Shown: in pieces, positions 36,401 through 42,142 of the stretch
Layout of the letters: each line of letters begins with the position of its first letter
Position numbering within the stretch: the first letter of the stretch is position 1
Assembly (NCBI GenBank): GCA_013298445.1
Contig: JAAFHQ010000001.1
Coordinates: 1-42,142 of the forward strand
DNA from: Chitinophagales bacterium
GTDB taxonomy: Bacteria; Bacteroidota; Bacteroidia; Chitinophagales; Saprospiraceae
Direction of reading: 5' to 3'
Length of the DNA: 42,142 nt
Made by a program: the position numbers and the translations under genes
Notes under the pieces: model-generated
Database searches by the model: none
Told to the model about the DNA's origin: nothing
Seen by the model: only the letters and a program-made list of their open reading frames with translations

Positions 36401-36768
36401 ACATAGTTGTAAGCAGTATACAGCTTCCCCCCTTCTTTTAAACTGATCCGATCAGCTTGCCGTAAAAATTCGCGCGCGTTGGGAGTATCACTGAGGTTAT
36501 AGTAGTATTCAGCGATCAGGGTTAGGGCATGTTTTTCTCCTGGTTTATTTTTGATCTTTTTGGCCAATTTAAGTGCTTCCAAGGCATTTCGATGGGCATC
36601 TTCAACGTTGAAATCAAAAAGTTGATAGGCGAGGCTAAGTAAGGTGTTGAGCCGTTTTTCCCCAATTTGACTGGGCAATAATTGCTTCATGCTGTCAATT
36701 TCGGTGGATTGGCCACCCGACAGCATCGGTACGAGTATAAAGATTAACAGGATAAAAATAGCTCTCAT
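33457..36768 (-). CDS. Hybrid sensor histidine kinase/response regulator (periplasmic TPR, TM, PAS, HisKA, HATPase, REC)
   Basis: Signal peptide, TPR repeats, TM, PAS (GSWEFNL...WSKETYRIF...HPVD), FLASMSHEIRTPING, NAIKFT, GGTGLGL, LIAEDN...IMDIQMP...KPF. Confidence 0.95.
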   Translation of the reverse strand: MRAIFILLIFILVPMLSGGQSTEIDSMKQLLPSQIGEKRLNTLLSLAYQLFDFNVEDAHRNALEALKLAKKIKNKPGEKHALTLIAEYYYNLSDTPNAREFLRQADRISLKEGGKLYTAYNYVIAANLYLEESNNDSAKVRFQKALKLLEHENHYKIKYYSYFSYSSFLFEQNQFDESKRVLEDLYAIAVKNNAKMNQAELLSELGAIENKKDEYKKAYAYLKQAEPLIPKNAYSYVKFNFLYHLAHVEFNMGNNAAAITHLKAVLSLKEIEQYEDIKADMSILAGKIYLERGELPRTLKYYLDAVEIFERIGLQKDLGWAYSDVAWLYFKQFNDQECVNFANKALEIGTTIQDDYGIARVHSILGSLYNAQGKYEKAIAEHELALGIRQKLQSRSGMADSYYNLGSVYEKNGQIDRAIFYADKSLKLDEELGNVVNIGLGYKKIASLAILKGDYGTAERLLQKTLQLANQTASPELRRDVNLLFAELREKTGDISSANKYLYLAIDANDSLYNTTSAEKIAEIRGLFDLENIELKSKQREQALILKQTEIDSQRNYNIMVVIILILVSCLLIVGAFLYNIIRKKNIKLQEEIAERKRAEAQILQSQALYEEAQAIAQVGSWEFNLSGGELHWSKETYRIFELENCPDEQLLGAWREKCHPVDLIKLDEAIQNTVHTGVQFHVEHRAIFKDGRVKYIACIGEAIRNSEGQIIGLKGTDQDVTAQKQAAIAKSEFLASMSHEIRTPINGVIGIADLLMEEQLSPTQREYLDTLKFSAQHLSSIVSDILDFSKIESGKLVLERIPFDLAKVTSHVFRLFENSAKDKTITLTFVPDSRIKHLLIGDYFRLSQVLSNILSNAIKFTDKGSVELAYHLMEETKSSVRVKFTVKDTGVGIAAEQLEQVFDDFTQADVSTSRKYGGTGLGLSISKKLVEQQGGNISVESRLGQGSTFSVEMSYDKHGILSAANAADIPATPPMNLQGMTFLIAEDNDVNALVLTAILKKWGAKYTLAQDGQEAIDCIKKDDFDAIIMDIQMPNVDGKEATQVIRQFSDDRKRNIPIIAFTAEASVEFQEEYLNCGFNDCVTKPFRPEQLYKILKKYQAFG

Positions 36769-36926
36769 CTACATTGCACGCTGGTTGTGGAGCGAATGAA
36801 TAATTGCCTCTTTGATGAATCATCAGTAAAGATAATGCTAAGCTTTGGATTATTGTCTGCTTGTCCCCATTCAAACATTTTTTATCTTTAAGCCACTGCA
36901 CAATCCTCACTCGAAAATTTGCTTCA

Positions 36927-38231
36927 ATGACACATTTGTTCAAAAAAACACTACTGGCTACGTTGTTTTGTTTGTCCTTCACCCTTCTGCTTTTTGCACA
37001 ATCAACCGATCCCGGGTTCATTTACGGCGATTTGCTACCTGACGCGCCAGAATTGGCCAAACGGGGCCCCCACAATGTGGGTGTACAAACCATCAATCTG
37101 CTGCATAAAAATCAGCTCAATGTACTACAACACAAAGACGGCGTAACCCCCACCTACGATCGCCCACTTACCGTAGAAATTTGGTACCCCGCCCTGATTC
37201 CCACCTCAAAAAAAGAAATAGAAGTTTACCAGGAAATGATGGGTAATTTTAACGACCCCAAGCGCCCCCTGCAACCTTTTACTTTCAAGGGGCGCTGCTT
37301 GCGTAAAGCCGCGCCCAAAACCGAAGGTGCCCCCTACCCTTTGGTCATTTTATCACATGGTTATACCGGATCGCGGTATTTGATGACCTATCTGGCTGAA
37401 AATCTGGCCTCAAAAGGATACGTAGTGGCTGCCATCGACCATACCGAATCCACTTTTCGCGATGCAGCACCTTTTTCGAGTACTTTATACCATCGCCCCC
37501 TGGATCAGTTGTTTGTACTGGATGAAATGGATCGACTGAGTCAAAAAGGGAGTGGAAGTTTTTTAGCTGGTCTGGTCGACGCCAAAAACACCGGGATTAT
37601 TGGCTACTCCATGGGTGGCTATGGTGCATTGAATGCGTCGGGGGCTGGATTCAGCAACAATGCATTCCTACAATTCAAGGGCATGAGTGGTGGCTGTGAA
37701 GCATTGGCCGAACGTTTGGCGGGTTCCGCAGCGTATGCCAAAACCCAAGATGAGCGCATCAAAGCGGTGGTCGCTTTTGCCCCCTGGGGTATGAACAATG
37801 GCGCCTGGGATTCTACTGGCCTGGCGGGTTTGACCCGCCCTACGTTTTTTGTAGCGGGCAGTGAGGACGACATTTCGAAATACGAAAAGGGCATCAAAGC
37901 CATCTACGATGGTGCGCGACATGCCAATCGCTACCTCTTGACCTACCAAAACGCACGCCACAATGTAGCCCCTAATCCCGCTCCCCCCGAAGCCAATGCA
38001 GAAGGTTTACCTATCAATGAATACCTGCGTTATGCAGATTCGGTGTGGGACCAGCGCAGGATCAACAACATCAATCAACATTTTGTCACCGCCTTTTTGG
38101 GCATTCATTTGAAAAAACAGGACCTGGGAGAGTACCTTCAATTGTCGGAAAAAGCCGTTGATGGCAACTGGAAAGGTTTTAAACTTAGGACTTCCATTGG
38201 GCTGGAGTTTAGACATAGCGATGCGAAATGA
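36927..38231 (+). CDS. Secreted alpha/beta hydrolase (dienelactone hydrolase/PAF-acetylhydrolase-like)
   Basis: Start refined to ATG 36927, signal peptide; LSHGYTG, GYSMGG nucleophile elbow, GSEDD, ARHN. Confidence 0.88.
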   Translation: MTHLFKKTLLATLFCLSFTLLLFAQSTDPGFIYGDLLPDAPELAKRGPHNVGVQTINLLHKNQLNVLQHKDGVTPTYDRPLTVEIWYPALIPTSKKEIEVYQEMMGNFNDPKRPLQPFTFKGRCLRKAAPKTEGAPYPLVILSHGYTGSRYLMTYLAENLASKGYVVAAIDHTESTFRDAAPFSSTLYHRPLDQLFVLDEMDRLSQKGSGSFLAGLVDAKNTGIIGYSMGGYGALNASGAGFSNNAFLQFKGMSGGCEALAERLAGSAAYAKTQDERIKAVVAFAPWGMNNGAWDSTGLAGLTRPTFFVAGSEDDISKYEKGIKAIYDGARHANRYLLTYQNARHNVAPNPAPPEANAEGLPINEYLRYADSVWDQRRINNINQHFVTAFLGIHLKKQDLGEYLQLSEKAVDGNWKGFKLRTSIGLEFRHSDAK

Positions 38232-38288
38232 GCAATTTGGAAATAGCACCGCCCGCTAAACTTCCCTATTTCAAATAAAAAACGAACC

Positions 38289-40694
38289 ATGCTGCAAAAT
38301 AACTTCAAACTCGCCTACCGGAACATCCGCAAAAACGGGTTTTACTCCGCCCTCAATGTGTTTGGGTTGTGGGCAGGTATCCTCTTCGCCTTACTCATTG
38401 GTTCCCACGTGTGGGGAGAGTTGCAGGTAAATCAACAACTGCGCCATGCCGAGCAGCAATATTTCCTGACCAGCATCTGGAAAAACCCGAACATCGGTAT
38501 GGACATCACATCAGCCGGGCCGCTGGGCAAACGGTTGAAAGAAACTTACCCGCACCTGGTAGCCAATTATTACCGTTGGGATGGCATTAAGTCGGATGTG
38601 GTGACAGGTGATAAAGTATTTCGGGAAGGCATCCAGATTGGGGACAGTACTCTAATTCCCATGTTTGGTTTTGAACTCCTGCACGGTGACCCAAACCATG
38701 CCCTGAAGGCCCCGTATTCCGTGGTAATTACGGCGGAAAGGGCACTCAAATATTTTGGTAAAACCGATGTGCTTGGCCAAACCCTCAGCATACGGAATTT
38801 CACGGGCGGCAATCATGAATTCCTGATTACCGGGGTATTGGGGGAAATTCCGGAAAACTCCGTAACCAACTTGCTTGGTACGGAGTCCAACAGTCTCTTT
38901 ATCTCCTTCACCACTGCTCAATACTTTTTCGATCGGAACGTGAACGATTGGAACAACATCATTTACCCCACTTACCTCGAATTACAGCCTGGAGTGAGCG
39001 CCGCAGATTTGGAAAAGCCCATCCAACAACTCATTCAAAGCGAAGGCGCCGATTTTGAAAAAGAAAACCTGCGGGTGCTTCCCGTTCCATTGACAGATTA
39101 CCACCTCCAAAAAAACAAGGCCCTGGTCAGGCGGATGTTGTTCGCCTTGTCATCAGTCGGCATTTTCATCCTGTTTATGGCCATCTTTAACTTCATCAAC
39201 CTGGCCATCGGGCGCTCGGGGTCGCGCATTCGCGAGATCGGAGTGCGCAAGGCATTGGGTGGCTTGAAAAAACAATTGGCGCTTCAGTTCCTAAGCGAAT
39301 CTTTACTCTTGGTTCTGATAGCTACTGTACTTGCCTTTTTAGCGTACCCTCTTGCACAAACGCCCTTTGCACAGATTGTGGGGAAAAGCCTGCCTGCCCT
39401 AAGCACTTTTCCGCTGTTTTTTGCCTTTTTGCCCCTAGCCTTGGTGCTTGTGGTCGGCCTCTTGGCGGGCCTGTACCCGGCGCTATTCCTGTCTTCAATG
39501 CGTACCGTAGAGTCGCTGAAAGGAAAACCAGGAACTGCCAATCAAAGTCTACATTTGCGCAAATACCTGGTCGGGTTTCAATTTGGGGTAGCCAATTTGG
39601 TCATCATCGCAACCCTGGTGGTGGCAGCACAAGTCAATTATTTTTTTGGTGAAAACCTTGGCTACAATAAGGAGTTCGTCGTAAGCGCTCAGGTGCCCCG
39701 CGACTGGAGCCCGGAAGGCCTCCGCAAAATGCTGACCGTACGCGACGAGCTGGCCAAACTGCCCGGGGTGAGTAGCGCTTCTCTCTCCTACGAAATTCCC
39801 AACGGCATCAATCAAGGTCAACCTTCCGTCTATCGCGCGGGTACAGATTCCACAACGGCCACCATTTGCCAACAATTGACTGCAGATGAAAATTACCTTG
39901 ACACCTATCAAATCCCACTTCTGGCGGGGGAATATTTTAACCCTGAGAATCGGAATTTCGGCAAAGTTGTACTGAATGAACGCTCTGCGCTGGCGCTTGG
40001 CTTCCCTGATGCGGCATCAGCTGTCGGCCAAACTTTGCGCATCTACGGGGATCCAACTCCCTATACCATCAAAGGTGTGCTGCGAGATTTCCATTTTGGC
40101 TCTATGGCTACACCCATCCAACCCATGGTGGTTGTTTCGCAGCAAAATCAGGTTTTGTACCGCTATTTGTCTTTCAAACTTCATTCCGAAAGAATCGCTG
40201 AGCAAATGGCGGCCTTGCAAAAAAAATGGGCCGAACTAATGCCCGGCAGCGCTTTCGAATACACGTTTATGGATGATACTTTGGCAAAAATTTATGCCAT
40301 GGAATTGCAGATGAAAAGATCGGCCTATGCGGCCAGTGCCATAGCCTTGTTGATCGCCTTACTTGGTGTGCTAGGCCTGGTATCGCTCAATTTGCAACGG
40401 CGGGAAAAAGAAGTGGGCGTGCGCAAGGTTTTGGGTGCCTCAGTTCCGGGCATCATTGGGCTGTTTTTGCGGGAGTTTCTGGTCATTTTATTGATTGCAG
40501 GTGTGGCTGCCTGCCCACTTGCCTGGTATTTGCTGCGCGGCTGGCTGGAAAATTATGCTTACCGCATCGAAATGTCGCCCTGGTTTTTTGGAGCGTCCCT
40601 GGCGGGACTGGCGCTGGTTACTGCACTTTTGATCAGCTTGCAAAGTGTGAAGGCGGCTTTGGCCAATCCGGTGAAGTCCTTGCGGAGTGAATAA
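38289..40694 (+). CDS. ABC transporter permease (duplicated MacB-PCD/FtsX)
   Basis: NFINLA...RIREIGVRKALG and RREKEVGVRKVLGAS, ending AALANPVKSLRSE. Confidence 0.95.
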   Translation: MLQNNFKLAYRNIRKNGFYSALNVFGLWAGILFALLIGSHVWGELQVNQQLRHAEQQYFLTSIWKNPNIGMDITSAGPLGKRLKETYPHLVANYYRWDGIKSDVVTGDKVFREGIQIGDSTLIPMFGFELLHGDPNHALKAPYSVVITAERALKYFGKTDVLGQTLSIRNFTGGNHEFLITGVLGEIPENSVTNLLGTESNSLFISFTTAQYFFDRNVNDWNNIIYPTYLELQPGVSAADLEKPIQQLIQSEGADFEKENLRVLPVPLTDYHLQKNKALVRRMLFALSSVGIFILFMAIFNFINLAIGRSGSRIREIGVRKALGGLKKQLALQFLSESLLLVLIATVLAFLAYPLAQTPFAQIVGKSLPALSTFPLFFAFLPLALVLVVGLLAGLYPALFLSSMRTVESLKGKPGTANQSLHLRKYLVGFQFGVANLVIIATLVVAAQVNYFFGENLGYNKEFVVSAQVPRDWSPEGLRKMLTVRDELAKLPGVSSASLSYEIPNGINQGQPSVYRAGTDSTTATICQQLTADENYLDTYQIPLLAGEYFNPENRNFGKVVLNERSALALGFPDAASAVGQTLRIYGDPTPYTIKGVLRDFHFGSMATPIQPMVVVSQQNQVLYRYLSFKLHSERIAEQMAALQKKWAELMPGSAFEYTFMDDTLAKIYAMELQMKRSAYAASAIALLIALLGVLGLVSLNLQRREKEVGVRKVLGASVPGIIGLFLREFLVILLIAGVAACPLAWYLLRGWLENYAYRIEMSPWFFGASLAGLALVTALLISLQSVKAALANPVKSLRSE

Positions 40695-40720
40695 GAACCA
40701 TACCCCCCAACCAGCTGATT

Positions 40721-40923
40721 AGCCCTGAAAGGGCGGTATATTTTTAAGAAAGGGCAAGGCTCTTTCGATCAGACAGCTGCTCTTGTTGGCAGTACCAGCC
40801 TTGAAGGGGCGGTATAATCAGTCCGAGTGATGTCGCCCCTTCAGGGCTTCTTACTTTAGGCGATCATTCTTCGCTTAGAATGGGCCTTGCCCATTCTTGA
40901 AGTGATATCGCCCTTTCAGGGCT
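40721..40923. repeat. Composite REP cluster of AGCCCTGAAAGGGCG-type hairpins (2 direct + 2 inverted)
   Basis: Units at 40721-40740, 40797-40816, 40829-40848 (inverted) and 40904-40923 (inverted); internal hairpins agaaagggcaaggctctttc and agaatgggccttgcccattct. Confidence 0.85.
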
Positions 40924-40991
40924 TGCTCGTTTTGCTTAACGTGAGTAAAATATGCTGAATTGACTCTTAACCATCAAAACCAGAACCACCC

Positions 40992-42142
40992 ATGAGCACC
41001 TTTCCCAGCATCTTCAACGACGTCATTGGCCCGGTCATGCGTGGGCCTTCCAGCTCCCATTGCGCAGCCTCCTTGCGGATTGCCCGTCTATGCCGCGACC
41101 TGATGGACGAAAACATCCAGGACATTTTCATCGAATTTGACCCCAATGGCTCCCTCGCCACCACCCACAAAAGCCAGGGCTCAGACATGGGTTTGTTTGG
41201 TGGTTTCCTGGGTTGGGAGGCCTACGATGAACGCCTGCCCGAATCTGAAAAATACCTGGAAGGCGCTGGTATCAAAGTCAGCATCAACATCTGTGACATC
41301 AATGCCGATCATCCCAATACCTACAAAATCACCTTGAGCAATGCCCGGGAAATCCGCAGGTTGACCGCCATTTCTACCGGAGGGGGCATGATTGAAGTGA
41401 TTGACATCGATGGTGTTGCGGTCTCGATGGCTGGCGATTATTTTGAAACCCTGATTTATTGCACTAAGCCAGATCAGATCATCCCTTACCTGCAGGCATC
41501 CATTCCTTACGATGAAATCCAGTTCCGAAGTGGCGCAGAGTACAGTTTTATTCAAATCAAAGCGCAAAGTTTTCCGGACACCATCATTTGCCAGGAATTA
41601 CTGAATATGGATGGTGTGGCTTTTATCAAATACCTCAAGCCCGTACTGCCCGTAATGGCCCGCAAAAACCTGCAAGTGCCCTTCATCACCTGCGCCGAAA
41701 TGCTGGAGTACAACGCAGACAAAAACAAATCACTCTGGGAGTTGGCGGTAGATTACGAAAGTGCCCGCGGCAACCTAAGCGCCGATGCTGTTTTTGAAAA
41801 AATGCGCAGCATCATCCACATCATGGGTAATGCCGTAAACCTGGGCCTGAAAGGCACCCATTACGAGGACCGGATTTTGGGCAGCCAATCCCTGCAATTC
41901 AAAGCCCAATTGGATGCCGAAAAGCTGATCGGCGGCGACGCCAACAACCGAATCATCCTCTATGTATCGGCCATGATGGAAGTTAAAAGTTCAATGGGCG
42001 TGATCGTGGCGGCCCCTACTGCCGGGTCTTGTGGTGCCTTGCCCGGGGCTTTGTTTGGAACCGCTCATTCGCTGGGTTTGCCCGAAGACGAAATTGTCAA
42101 AGCCATGTTGGCTGCCGGGCTTATCGGGGTCTTCATTGCTGC
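40992..42142 (+). CDS. sdaA: Fe-S-dependent L-serine dehydratase, fused beta+alpha type (truncated by window end)
   Basis: Missing from the ORF track because it has no stop in the window. Manual translation: MSTFPSIFNDVIGPVMRGPSSSHCAA...HPNTYKI...AISTGGGMIEV...SMGVIVAAPTAGSCGALPG. Confidence 0.88.
   Translation, partial: MSTFPSIFNDVIGPVMRGPSSSHCAASLRIARLCRDLMDENIQDIFIEFDPNGSLATTHKSQGSDMGLFGGFLGWEAYDERLPESEKYLEGAGIKVSINICDINADHPNTYKITLSNAREIRRLTAISTGGGMIEVIDIDGVAVSMAGDYFETLIYCTKPDQIIPYLQASIPYDEIQFRSGAEYSFIQIKAQSFPDTIICQELLNMDGVAFIKYLKPVLPVMARKNLQVPFITCAEMLEYNADKNKSLWELAVDYESARGNLSADAVFEKMRSIIHIMGNAVNLGLKGTHYEDRILGSQSLQFKAQLDAEKLIGGDANNRIILYVSAMMEVKSSMGVIVAAPTAGSCGALPGALFGTAHSLGLPEDEIVKAMLAAGLIGVFIA

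Noticed and set aside
38289-40694. Missing ATPase as a sign of pseudogenisation or novelty
   Set aside because: The ORF is intact, and stand-alone MacB/FtsX permease paralogs are common in Bacteroidota.
40721-40923. CRISPR array or intact IS element
   Set aside because: Units are in mixed orientation with irregular spacing, and no transposase ORF is present.
40967-41797. Short ORFs listed in the track at the window end
   Set aside because: They overlap the real serine dehydratase frame starting at 40992.

Overview
A gene-dense chromosomal window from a Bacteroidota bacterium. TAnnTTTG promoters, a T9SS C-terminal domain, DUF4252/DUF4249 genes and an ECF-FecR-TBDR cassette support the phylum; Saprospiraceae/Haliscomenobacter-like is only my impression. 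Housekeeping genes: nth, purM-type AIR synthase, M23 peptidase, LptF/G, argS, glnS, acyl-CoA dehydrogenase, pullulanase and a fused L-serine dehydratase cut by the window end. There are three ECF sigma/anti-sigma modules, several secreted proteins of unclear function, a TPR-PAS hybrid histidine kinase and an orphan ABC permease. I saw no rRNA, tRNA, CRISPR array, prophage or transposase. Most interesting: (i) an MbnP-like lipoprotein paired with a T9SS beta-propeller whose predicted mature N-terminus is His, with no MbnH partner nearby; (ii) an identical GGGGTA-N12-TGTGTC motif in front of both fecR and a Crp/Fnr gene; (iii) an ECF/anti-sigma operon with three DUF4252 paralogs and a clear AAC-N16-CGTC promoter; (iv) a secreted CotH-like kinase divergent from a lipoprotein alkaline phosphatase; (v) at least seven unrelated intergenic palindromic elements, some overlapping stop codons. 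All product calls come from motif recognition by eye, not from database searches.
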